NCBI RefSeq assembly: GCF_030684315.1
Contig: NC_081383.1
Location: 11,040,761 to 11,104,760 of the forward strand
Source of the DNA: Stegostoma tigrinum
Lineage: Eukaryota
Length of the DNA: 64,000 nt
Reading direction: 5' to 3'
The notes under the pieces are model-generated. The model was given only the letters and a program-made list of their open reading frames with translations. It ran no database searches and was not told where the DNA came from. The position numbers and the translations under genes were made by a program. Shown one piece after another: positions 50,515 to 62,468 of this stretch (the first letter of the stretch is position 1; each line of letters begins with the position of its first letter).

Positions 50515-51111
50515 TTACAGGTGATATATGCCGCTTTTAAAAGTACATTTTGCTACTGAAGAGTATATCTCTGTAACCCCAATCAAGAGAGAAGCACATG
50601 AACATATGTACATCCATATCACAAAGACATCTTTCTGTTGGCTTTTCAACATTGTGCAAATCACAGTCTTTTCACAGGGAGTTATGTGACATTCAAATAA
50701 GTGTGGCCTCAGTATATTTGGGTAGAGCATATGATGCAAAAACAGGAAGAATCCTTCAATTAGTGTTTTGGCAATCATGTTGATAAAGCCTGTTGTCCAT
50801 TCTTTGGTCTGAGACACATACAGACTGTCTCTGTTGTATAAATAGTTTGCAGTCGAGAGGGTGAAAATGAACACTATTTGCAGTGTGAATAAGGTAAATG
50901 GTGACATAGGTGAAAACTGCGTATAACATTGGTGGTGACAGCCCACCCGGGTGGAATTACACTTCAGATCGAAAAAGTCATCCTTCCAAATGGTGAATGC
51001 ATTGATGATAAGAATGAGGGAACGAATACCGAAGATTAGAGCCAAATAGTTTCTGACACGGGATGAGACATGGGCTCCAGTGCCACTCAGGAATGTCAAG
51101 GTCATCTCCAT
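50515..51111 (-). CDS. Divergent small connexin (gap-junction family), 198 aa
   Basis: Four hydrophobic segments. EL1 C51-x6-C58-x3-C62 and EL2 C141-x4-C146-x5-C152. Connexin-like W-x-D, P-x-S, LQ, K..E in TM3, K.VF..M and TE in TM4. No stops in the ORF. Branch point (GCTAAT), pyrimidine tract and AG acceptor 20 nt before the ATG (exon edge 51131), as in typical connexin genes. Confidence 0.9.
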   Translation of the reverse strand: MEMTLTFLSGTGAHVSSRVRNYLALIFGIRSLILIINAFTIWKDDFFDLKCNSTRVGCHHQCYTQFSPMSPFTLFTLQIVFIFTLSTANYLYNRDSLYVSQTKEWTTGFINMIAKTLIEGFFLFLHHMLYPNILRPHLFECHITPCEKTVICTMLKSQQKDVFVIWMYICSCASLLIGVTEIYSSVAKCTFKSGIYHL

Positions 51112-53109
51112 GACTGAACCCTTCTGTAGTTCTATTTAGAGAAAGAAATTTTTTAAAAAAGCAGATTAGCATTGGCATCTCTTTAAGCATTTTTCTGTGT
51201 TACTTTTTGCAAACATTGAAGCCTTCCAATTCAATGTTTTCTACACAATTTAAGGTCAAGTTTGTTCATGCTGCCTAGGGAATTATCATCTGTTTTCTAT
51301 TGATCTAAAATACTTAAAAAATCAAAGCCTAAACTAAACTTCTCCCAGATCTGTTGAATTTTTGCAGCAGGTCAAGCAGCATCTGCGAACGTGTTAACAT
51401 TTTGTGTGAATGAGTCAGAGAGCCAAAAGGGCATAAAGTATGGAGGATATTCATTCCAAAGCTGAAAATCTTAAAATCAAGCTGTTGTTAGACTGGGAAC
51501 AGTTCAGTGATGGGGGTCTGGCCTTGGTAAGAATTTGGGTACAGTTAGTACAAATTTTGATCAGCTCAAAGTGAAATAACATCTGGTGATTCTGAAATTG
51601 AATCTGGCCATTCACAGTGGCAAGGGAGAGGAATAATGAAATAAATAGCTAGGGAATGGGCATTTTTTTTTAACAGAACACAGCCTACTATCTCTGAAAC
51701 AATTTTAACCACACTGCGAAGCCCATTTCTGAAGGAGGATCTAGGACCGAAATGTCAACCAACATGCTGTTTGACCTGCTGTGTTCATCCAGCTCTACAC
51801 CTTGTTGTCATAGAACATAACAGCTCAGCACTTGACATCACAATTTTGAGGAAATTTCTGCTCATCCAAAACCAGATGTCTGAAAAGCAGTGTGATAGGT
51901 TATGGGGAATGAAAAATTTAAGAAAGATGGACTTGAGCTAGAGCTGGATGAGCTTCATGTATTTGTGGAACGTGACATCTCTTGCTGCTTGGGGCAGCAT
52001 GTAAGTGAGAAAAAACTGGTTGGGTGACAAGGAGATGTCCTGGGGAGACTCGAAGTAACAGCATGGAAAGTGGGTAGAAAAGCCACGCTGAACTAAAAAT
52101 AAGATAATTTTGGAAAATAGATGGTTGGGTTTGGAGTTGAAAGTTAATGAAAACAGAAAATACTAGAAATAATAGAGCAGGTTGATGATGTTCAGAGAAA
52201 GAAATGACAAGCATTAACTGAAAGCAAAACATAAAATATCATAGCAACCCACAATCTCAAACAAAAATATTCGGCAGGTCCGCTCTGTAAGAGAAAGACA
52301 ATAGGGGTATCCTTTCAGTTCTGTGATTTTTCATTGAGAGCAAACATCTTTGAGGAAGAAACTGGAACCTAAAATGTTTTCACTCAATTTTGTCAGAGTT
52401 ACCTGGAGTTGTAGTATTCAACATGGAGGATGCAATTTTTCTAATTCTTCACCTAAGCGTTTCCAAAATTCCTTTCAATCCTGTTGACGGTGATTTGGAA
52501 TTAAAGTATTCTTGCTCCTCATAACGTGGACTCTGCGTATCTGCGTGTTTCTCCAGTGACAGGCTTTGTTTAAATGTGAACAAAGTCGAGGCAGTATGTT
52601 TACCTATAAAATGTTCAAATGAGATTATGCAATTCCCAGAATGGGCTGTAGCTTACTGCCACCAACTCTGTCTATAAACTGAAATTAAAAGCAAAATTCA
52701 CTTCCCTGTTTGAGTCTTAAAAATGTCAGTATATGAGTGGATGAAGTGGAAAAATGTTTTCAATTAACTAAGATAACATTTCAGGTAAGATAACTTGAAA
52801 CATAATAGTTGTACCTCAGTATTTGCTGAAGTACAGCATTCTGTTTCCCGTAAAAGACTGTGCTTATAGCAGTTTCATTTTTACTTCTGATGTTCAAAGT
52901 ACCAAACACACTTTTTTTGGTCACAGCTAATGTTTGTTTGGTTGTGTACATTTTATGTCCTGTGCATTATCACCAGCATTTCCAATAATCTCTCCAATAT
53001 TCCTGTCAAGTGAAACTCATTGCACATTCACCTTAGATCACGTATATCTATCAACCTGACTTTGACCCAGCCACACAGAAGGAATGTTGGAAGTGTTTTT
53101 TTTTTCAAA

Positions 53110-53965
53110 TCAGGCTGGTGAGCGGTTTGGAGAGGAACTCACAGGTGGTTGTGTTCCCATATATCTGCAACGTTTTGTCTGTAGATGAAAATGGTAGTGG
53201 GTTTGGAAATTTCTGTCCATGGTGAATGTCTGTAGTGCATCTTGTGGATGCTACTGCTCACTGTGGTGGAGAGAGTGAATGTTTATGAATATGGTGCTAA
53301 TCAAGGAGGCAGCTTTGTCCTGGGTGATATCAAGCTTCTTGAGTATTGTATTGTTGGAGCTGCAGTTGTTCAGGCAAGTGAGCACTGTTCCATCACACTC
53401 CTGACCTGTGTATTGTAGATGGTGGATAGGCTTGGGGAGTCAGGTGAGCTACTTGCTGTAGGGTTCCTAGCTTCTGACATGCTCTAGTGTTTGAACACAG
53501 CCAGTTTTTATAATGGCTATTCCAGTTCAGTTTCTGGTCATTGATAACCCCCAGGATGTTGAATGGATGCTGCTCCAACAGCTTCAAGAAGTTTGACTCT
53601 GTCCACCACCACCTTCATTCCTTGCCCCTCACCGCCAACGCACAGCAGCAATGTCTTCTATTTACCAGTGCACTGCAACAATTCACTGAGGCTCCTTCAG
53701 CATGTTCCAAACCTATACGTCCTTGGAGGACAAGGATGCATGGGAACAACTTGCACTTGCAAGACCCCCTCCAACCCACACGTCTGCCTAACCAGGAACT
53801 ATATCACTACTCCTTCATTGTTGCCAGAACCTGGAACTCTTCTTTTATGGTTATAAACTTCCCCTTGCCTTCCATTCCCTCAAGAACTGCAGTGATTCAT
53901 TAGCACCTTTCCCAGGCCAATAAATGCTGCCACAGCCAATGATGTCCACATCCTGTGAAGGAAAA
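53110..53965. mobile_element. Two opposed fragments of the same LINE family (- 53110-53565, + 53565-53965)
   Basis: Overlapping element segments in opposite orientation. The + copy ends aataaatgctgcc...atgaat. Confidence 0.65.
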
Positions 53966-56227
53966 TGAATTTCCAGTTCTCCTTTTAAGTTAGTGATTAC
54001 TGTTTAGTACAGAGAATGATGCTTTACAGTAAACAGTGCTGCACTGCAAACCTCTGCTGCAACTCCACCTTTCATTTATATAACCCTGCAATTTACATGC
54101 AGAAGAGAAACAATGGAAAAATGCTTTGCTGAAGCGTAATGAGACAACATTTGATACAAGGCTACCTAAAGGTGGTGTTGGCATAGGTGTTGGGTTCCTA
54201 CTTTACAGTGACTACATTGAAATCAAATCTATTTTTCTGAGCTGTAGTTTTATTTTTGTTGGTTAAGATTATGAAAGGTGCTATAAAAATGCAAGTCTTT
54301 ATTTCCAATGTAAGGAATATTAAGGTGGTCTGTTTCCAGTACATTGTAATCTTCACTTGCACCATGTGATCTGAATCATCAGTGGGAGGTTGACTCAAAT
54401 CTCCAGTTGGATGGCTGTAATATTTCTGAAAGTGCTCCAGGTTTTCAGGATAATTTGACTCCCAGTTTGATGGTTGTGTAAACCGGCTCATCAGATAGCA
54501 AAGCCCACTCTTATTCCTATTACCTTTGTGGTAATGTTCTGGAAACCACTGGGTCAGCCTGGGCAATCAATTTCAAGTGTTTTTGTTTAAATTTCAAAAA
54601 TATATTTTATTTGTAAAAAATATTTTTATAATGCAGTTTGGTTCTGTAAAATAGCATGTCAAGGAAATAAACACATCTGGTTCTAATGAGGGGTGGTCTT
54701 GTAATGCAGTGGTAACATCACTACCTCTGTGCTAGAAGGTCCAGGTAAAATCTCATCCATGTCTCCTAATCTAGTCTGGACCGATTCACTGAAAGTAATT
54801 TATAAACACATAGGAAAATGGCACATCTGTCAACACCATACCTCCATCTGTCTGGAAGTAGTACCAATATACACATATCAAACTGGTGGATATACAGTGT
54901 TAAGATCAGCTAATTCAAAAGAACTCAGCGTATACATAATTACAGATATACACGTAGTTTCAAAACCAGCTGATTTTTTAAGTTTGCTTCTTTAACATTT
55001 TAAACAAAGAATCTGGTAGAGGTATGATGTATTCAAGAGATTTAACTTTTTGAAATCCAGCAGCACACCAGACTGGTGTTATACTCCACAAAGGTAATAT
55101 GAAAGAAGCACTAACAGGATGGTTATAGTATATTCTAGCCCATATAGTGCAGACCCGATAACTTCATTAAACCATAATATTATATCAGGACAGCATTGCC
55201 ATTAGATTATCAACAGGGTTTACAGGCCCCACATTTCCTAAGTTTGTTCCCAGCACCACCTATTTTGGTCAAGAAGGTCTGGGGCCAACAGAACTACCAG
55301 GTGTTGGGCAGCCAATGGGTTTTATTGAGAATGTTGTCAAGGGTAAGTTTATGAACAGTCTGGGGTCTTCCGATTTCCTATCAAGCACAGAGTGGGAGTA
55401 GAACCACCTCCGAGTGGAAGGGTGCGTGCCCCAAGTGAGGACTGGGGAGAATGATTTCCAAGCAGACCCAAAGTACCCCCCATTCCTACCTGAGCAGTGC
55501 TGTCAAAATTTGTACCTTGTAAAGGATCTTTACACTAATGCTGCCAACAGTTACCCTTGGAGCAGAGAAGGCTGACGGGGACATAATTGATGTGTATATG
55601 ATTATGGATAGGAAGCAACTGCTCTAAGGTGGAGGGCAGGATGTTTGAAGGTTCAAGAACTGCAACTCGGTTGCGGTAAATAAAATGCTATTTGGAAAAT
55701 TTACAGCTGCCTGAATTTCAGATGCAGTATTTCTTTTTCAAAGTATAGGAAGATCTCAAGTCACAAATAAGTCACCAATCTCCTTTTAAAAAAATTATTT
55801 ATATTATTCTTTTAATTAACACGGTTTCTCAGTGTTTGATGAAGCACTTTTTGAAGTGCAGTTACCATTGTAACGTAGGAAACGTGGCACATAATTTGCG
55901 ATAGTAAACCGACAAACAGCAGTGTATTCATGTCTGATTATCAGTTTCTGGTGATAATTATTAATTATTATTAAATATGGACCAAGACACCAGGGTAAAG
56001 TTCCTTGCTGTACTTTGAAATAATGAAAATCATAGAATCCCTGTAGTGTGGAAGCAGGCCATTTGGCCTGCTGAGACCACACTGAGCCTTCAAAGAATGC
56101 CCCACCCAGACCTCACTCCTCCAACCTATTTCTCTAAACCCACCTTTCCCATGGCTAATCCACCTAACCTTCACATCCCTGGACTGAAGTACTCCATAAC
56201 ACTTTTTAGATCCAGTTGAGATGGCTA

Positions 56228-57350
56228 TCTAAGATTACAAAGAGATGTTGATCAATTGGGCCAATGGACTGAGGAATGGGAGATGGAGTTTAATTTGGAT
56301 AAATGTGAGGTATTGCATTTTGGTAAAACAAACAGGGGGTAGGACTTTACCCAGGGCCCTACCATTAATTGTGTTATGTTGTGGAACAGAGGGACCTAGG
56401 GGTTCAGGTACATAATTCTTAGAAATTTGCATCTCAGTTAAACAGGGTGGTTAAGAAAGTGTTTAGCACATTTGCTTTTATTGCTCAGACCTTTGAGTAT
56501 AGAAGTTAGAATATCGTGTTCAAGTTGTACAGTATGTTGGTGACACCTCTTCTGAAGTACGGTGTGCAGTTCTGGTTGGCCTGCTGTAGGATATTATTAA
56601 ATTGGACAGAGTTCGGAAAAAAAATCTTATCAGGATGTTGGGAACAGAGGGTTTGAGTTATAAAAATAGGCTGGAACATTTTCACTGGAGTATAGGAGGT
56701 TGAGGGGTGACTATAGAGGTTCATAAAATCATGAGGGGTATAGATAAGGTGAATAGCAAGGCTCTTTTCCTTTAGGGTTGGGTGTTCAAAACTAGGGTGC
56801 GTAATGTAAAGTTGAGTGGAGAAGGTTTTAAGAAGGACATGGCGCAATATTTTTACACTGATTTGTGTGTGGAATGAGCTGCCAGAGGAAGTGGTTGATA
56901 CAGGTCCAGTTACAACATTTGTTTTTATAGAATCCCTACAGTGTGGAAACAGGCCCTTCGGCCCAACAAGTCCACACTGGCCTTCAGAGCATCCCACCCA
57001 GACCCATCCACCTAATCTATACGTCTCGGAATACTGTGGTCAATTTAGCTTGGCCACTCTACCTTGCCTGCACATCTTTGGACTGTGGGAGGGAACCCAC
57101 GCAGACACAGGGAGAATGTGCAAACTCCACACAGACAATCGCCCGAGGGTGGAATTGAACCCAGGTACCTGGCACGATGAGGCAGCAGTGCTAACCACTG
57201 TGCCACCCCAAAAACATTTGGATGAGTACATTAATAAGAAAGGTTGAAGGAATATCGGCTAAATGCAGGCAATTAAGAGGAGTTTAATTTGGGAACATGG
57301 TTGACATGGACTGAAAGGTCTGTTTCCATGCTGTATGACTCTGTGACTCT
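56228..57350 (+). mobile_element. CR1/HER1-like LINE 3' part with nested antisense HE1 SINE (56927-57210)
   Basis: LQRDVDQLGQWTEEWEMEFNLDKCEVLHFG. The nested SINE reads ggggtggcacagtggttagcactgctgcctca... on the - strand. Confidence 0.88.
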
Positions 57351-57757
57351 AATGGGGTCCTCAGTTTAATGTCTCACCCAAAAAGCAACACCTGTGACAG
57401 TGCATCTGCTTCAGTCCTGCATTGGAATGTATTGATCTTGCCCTCAAACTTGAAAGGAAAGGTTTCTCACCTAGAGTGTGGTAAGAATCTGGAATGCATT
57501 GCCTGGCAGAGTAGTTGAGACAGGAAACCTTTAAAATGTATTTTGTGGATGAGCACTTAAAATAACGATCATTCAAGGCTATAGGTAAAGTGCTGGAAAG
57601 TAAGATTAATATAGTGATTCTATGCTGAACTGTGAGCCAAAGAATCTACTCTGTGCTGTATGACTATGATCCTCTCTTGGCTGGTTTCTCCACTTACCCA
57701 ATTTTTTTTTAACATTTAGTCCTTTTAAATATATAGCTGGCTGGATTTTGTTGACAA

Positions 57758-58798
57758 TGAGATCCTTGCCTGGGGTTGTTAACCTGGGCCAACGGGGAAG
57801 CCCTGGCTGACCAATATAAACAGGAGTTTTAGAATCCTTTCAGTTTAGGGGACTGACTCCAAGCTGGCTGGTCACAGCCAGTGTACTGTGCACGAGTAAA
57901 TAAAGGGGGACTTGGTGATGGAATACCAGCCTCTGTGCAGTTAGTTCAGTGGTGACAAGAGTGGGATCCCATGACTTAACAAAGTTTTGGGAGGTGAGGC
58001 AGCCCTGAGAAACATGTGGATCACCTGAAAGCTGTTACCTCACAAGCAGAACAGGAGCAAAACGTACCTGGTCCCTTAGAACAGCCGGAAGGCTTGTCAG
58101 AAACAATAGGTTCTCCCACTCTGTCTAGTATGGAGGAAACCTCAGAGTCCCAGTTGGATGCAGCCTCGATATCTTTACCACTGGAAGAAGAGGAGGGAAA
58201 TTTCCCAATAGGCTCCGGACACACGAGATGGGCTGCAGTGCAGAACATACCGCTTGTATCGGCATCCAAATCACAGGGCAATAATGTCGCAAGAAAAGCT
58301 ACAAATAACCAGGCCTAAATAACAAACTGTAAAGCCGGATGAACACAGCAGGCCAAGTGGCATCTTAGGAGCAGAAAAGCTGACGTTTCGGACCTAGACC
58401 CTTGATGAAGGGTCTCGGCCCGAAATGTCAGCTTTTCTGCTCCTAAGATGCTGCTTGTCCTGCTGTGTTCATCCAGCTCTACACTTTTGTTATCTCAGAT
58501 TCTCCAGCATCTGCAGTTCCTTTCATCTCTGAAACAATCAGGCCTACATCCCTGAACTTAGTGGGGGGAGGGATGTAGTGATCGGAACCAGGTGGACCTC
58601 ATTGACTGTGAGATCCTTGTCTGGGGTTGTTATACTGGGCCATTCAGGGACCCCCAGGCTGACCAATATAACCAGCGGATTAGAATCTCCTCCATTCAAG
58701 GGACTGGCTCAGAGCTGATTGGCCACAGTCAGTGTTCTGTGCTCAAGTCAATAAAAGGTGACTTAGTGGTGGATACCGGCCTTTGTGCAGTTATTTCA
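57758..58798 (+). mobile_element. Internally deleted Gypsy-like LTR retroelement
   Basis: Direct repeats ~57758-57948 (5'-truncated) and 58574-58798 (TG...CA). PBS-like TGGTGACAAGAGTGGGAT (57950-57967), PPT GGGGGGAGGGA (58563-58573), and integrase-tail-like ..HVDHLKA.. inside. Confidence 0.8.
58321..58531. mobile_element. Hairpin hammerhead-bearing element nested in the LTR element
   Basis: Inverted arms meeting at gacgtttcgg.cctagaccctt/gatgaagggtctcggcccgaaatgtcagc. Imperfect flanking repeat aa.aa.caggccta.at (~58305 / ~58533). Confidence 0.8.
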
Positions 58799-59949
58799 GA
58801 TAGCCTTTCCTGTTTACTTTAATTGGATAGAAAACCAGCCTCCATGCTAATTACAGGGAGCAAGCTAATCAAAATCCAGTGAGTGCCTCACTCACACCAG
58901 GCTCTTGGGGAGACAGGCATTTCCAGTATTTCACTGTCAAAGTGAAAATTCAGCCTTTAGACTTTGCAGCTTGTCTAGTATGTTTTCAGGTTTAGGTTGA
59001 AGAGGCATTTAACTATTTAATATTCTCTTAGTGTCATGTTGGATGTACATTATTCAAATAATTTAATCAGAATACACAAATTTATCACTGAAATCCTTCA
59101 TCTGCATAAATTGATTTATTTTATGCCACAGTGATAACCTTTCAAACATTGGGAACTACAGGAATTTGCTATGATGCAATGCACTTAGAAGAAGTGAAAC
59201 ACATGGTGATTAAGGTGCAATTTCAAAGAGATACTTTTTCAATTATGTACCTTTGACTCCTGCTCCTCAACATTATTTTAGTAATTAGGGATTCAGGAGG
59301 ACTGTCAGCCACATCAAACCCAGAACTTGGAAAATTTACATCGCCATGAATCCAAAATGCATTGGTTGTTTTTCAAAATATGGGAAAATCTCTGTCGGAA
59401 AAAGCCACCAATCTCCTAAACAAAGGCATTTATGAAATGTTTTTAATTGGATTTCTCAAAGTGTTTGATGAAGTAATTTTTGAAGTGCAGTTACCATTGT
59501 AATGTAGGAAACATGACAAGTAATTTGCCACATAAACAGCAGTGCGTTCATGCCTAATTTGTTCCTGGTGATAATTATTGAGGAATAAACATGGACCAAG
59601 ATGCCAGGCTAAACTCTCCTGCTCCACTTTAAAAGAACTCTTTCACACTTTCTAGATTCAGCTGAGGTGGCTGATGGGGTCCTCAATTTAATCTCATCCA
59701 AAAGCCACCTCTGTCAGTGTTGTACTGGAATGCATTGATTTTCACTCAAACCTTGAAGTGGCACTTGAATTCAGACTTTGTGATCTAGCGTGGAAGTGCA
59801 CTCTCAACTGAGCCATTGTTGGTACAGGTGAGGGGCTGTTCATATTTCCTGTCTGATTTCTTAATTGTGAGAAGTGAGCCTTTTTTGCCCAGTTGGATTC
59901 TCGCTTATGAAGCAGCTGTAACTCTGGTCCCACTTATTAAAAAATGTTA

Positions 59950-60590
59950 AGGAGATTTAGGCATCACTGCCTGGGCCAGTACTTATTACCCATCCTTCAT
60001 TGCCCTTGAGAAGGTGATGGGTGAGCAGCCTTCTTGAACTGCTGCAGTCAATTTGGTACGGGTATGCCATTAGGGAGGGAGTTCCAGGATTTTGACCCAA
60101 TGTCAATGAAGGAACAGCGATATATTTATAAGTCAGGCGGATGTGTGTCTTGGAGAGGACCTGTAGGCAAATGTGTTCCCATGTATCTGCTGCCCTTGAC
60201 CTCCTTGATAGCAGTAGTCATTTGGAATGTGCTGTCTAAGGAGCCTTCGTGAATCTCTGCAGTGCATCTTGTATTTGTTACACATAGCTGCTACTGAGTG
60301 TCAGTGGCAGAGGGAGTGAATGTTTTGTGGATATGCTGCCAATCAGTTGGGATGCTTTGTCCTGGATGGTGTCAAGATCCTTGAATGTTGTTGGGGCTAC
60401 ATCCATTCAGGCAAGTAGGGACAATTCCATTACTCTCCTGACTTGTGCCTTGTAGATAGTGGCCAGGTTTTAGTGAGTCAGAGAGTGAATTACTTGCTGC
60501 AGGATTCCTAGCCTCTGACTTACTTTTGTAGTCGCCTATGGCGAGTCCAATTCAATTTCTGGTCAACGACAGTCCAGAATGCTTCCACTT
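59950..60590 (-). mobile_element. LINE 3' fragment (second family), antisense
   Basis: Antisense of the 3' end seen at 53565-53965 (..attacccatcc.t.attgcccttgagaaggtg..). Confidence 0.7.
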
Positions 60591-62468
60591 AGTTTTCTGA
60601 TACAAGCCTTTATTCTTGACTAAATGTACTGGGCCTCTTTTCCTTAAATGTATGTTACTTATGGCTCTCATACCACAAAACCCATGTATTGGATCCATTG
60701 GCATTATTTATTTACTTATTCATAGGATGTTGTCTTTGCTGACAAGGTCAGCAGTTATTACCTATCCCAAACTGACCCTGACAATTAACCATATTGTTTT
60801 GGGTAGAGTTGCCAGCTGTGATTAAATGTATTCCTGGAGGTTTCCTCACATGATGTATTCCTGAACTCTAGCCATTGGTCAACAGTGCATCTGCCCTTGT
60901 GACATGCTGTCTCCCAACTCCAATTTCAGAGCAGAAAATGTCATTATCCTGTTTGTGATGTCGATCATTTTTTGTTTCTCATTTTCAACATTTTTATATC
61001 CAGTAAATAGAAAAGTTGAAAGAAAATTATTTTAAACAACTTAACAAAAAGACTTTTCTCCTGAATTGCACCGAGTTTTGGGGATTGATCTCCAATTTCT
61101 AGAATCTCCAGGCCAATTCTAGAGAGACAGCAACCCTTGATATGGAGTCACATGTAGACTCGAGCAGTTCAAGGAGGTTATTTTCCTTCCTAAAAATCAA
61201 GTTTAAAAAATATTCATTCATGGGATGTAGGTGTTGGTGGCTGGCATTTGTTACCCATCCCTAATTGCCCTGGACAAAGTGGTGACAAGTTACCTTCCTG
61301 AACTACTGCATCCCTTGGGCTGTAAGGCCACCCATAGTGCTGTTAGAAACAGAATTAGTGAACCTGATGCGATTTTACAACACTAGATTAGCTTTTAATT
61401 CCAGAGTTCTTTTTAAAAATGGTGAAGTTTATTAATTTAGTTTTATCTTTGCCAACTGCAATGGTGGGATTTTAAATTATGTCTTCAAGCTCAAGGAATT
61501 TTGCAATACACCACCATCTCACACAAAGTGCTAAAGAAGACATTACAGAGCTTCAGGCCTTGACTGGACATTGTCACTGATGTGTCTCCTTGGTTGTCTG
61601 ACTGGATGAGTTGGACATTTCTCGAACAAGATATTGGGTAGATTGAAGGCACTGTTTTTTGCAGTCTCATTTTCATCATTAACAACTGTTGTTTGTTGAG
61701 CCAGACTCTTTACAGCCCTTACGTTGTGATCCTGTTATCCCACCATGTATCTACTCCATCACTAAGACGGGCCATCTTCCACCTTTGTAATACCACCAGA
61801 TGCTATCACCACCTCAGTTTATCAGATGCCAAAATCCCTGCTTGTACCTTTGCTACCTCCAAGCTCCCTCCGTACCCTCCATTAATTCTGTTGCTCCATC
61901 ATTGCTATGTTCAGCTAGTACTTCCCTACATAAATCAGTAGGCGCACAGATAGGGTGAATAGCCCAAGTGTTTTTCCGATGGTAGGTGAGGCCAAAGCTT
62001 GAAGGCATATAGGTTTAAGATTTAAGAAAGACCAGCGTGTGGTGCGTGTATGGAATGAATTGCCAGAGGTAGTGGAAGAGATAGGTTAAATTACAATATT
62101 TAAAAGGCATCTGGTGACTCTACTGAGTGATAATCGCTCACAGTCTGATCACAACTCAGATCTAATATTATCATCTTGTTTTCAAAGCCCTGTCCCTATA
62201 TCGGTAAGCTCTGCCAGGGCCACAGTGAACGTGTTTGAGATCACTGACACTTTTTGCTACAAGCTCCTTAAGTATCCCTGATTTTAGTAATACCATCATT
62301 TGTAGCCTTGCTTCCAGATGCTTGAGTCCTAGGCCCTGAAATTATCCCCCTAAACTTCTCTCTCTGCCTTACTCTTCTCCTTTGTTACTTATTGAAACCT
62401 ACTTTATTGATGAAGCTTTTGGTTCTGATATCTGGTTCTGTGATTTGGCACCTGAAATGTTTTCATTT

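Noticed and set aside
50515-51111. Naming the connexin GJE1/Cx23 because of its size
   Set aside because: GJE1 has four extracellular Cys and a multi-exon CDS, whereas this ORF has six Cys in one exon. No symbol is assigned.
56914-57220. AACATTTG as target-site duplication of the nested HE1 SINE
   Set aside because: The host CR1 tail natively has two similar ACATTT motifs here, so a TSD cannot be asserted.
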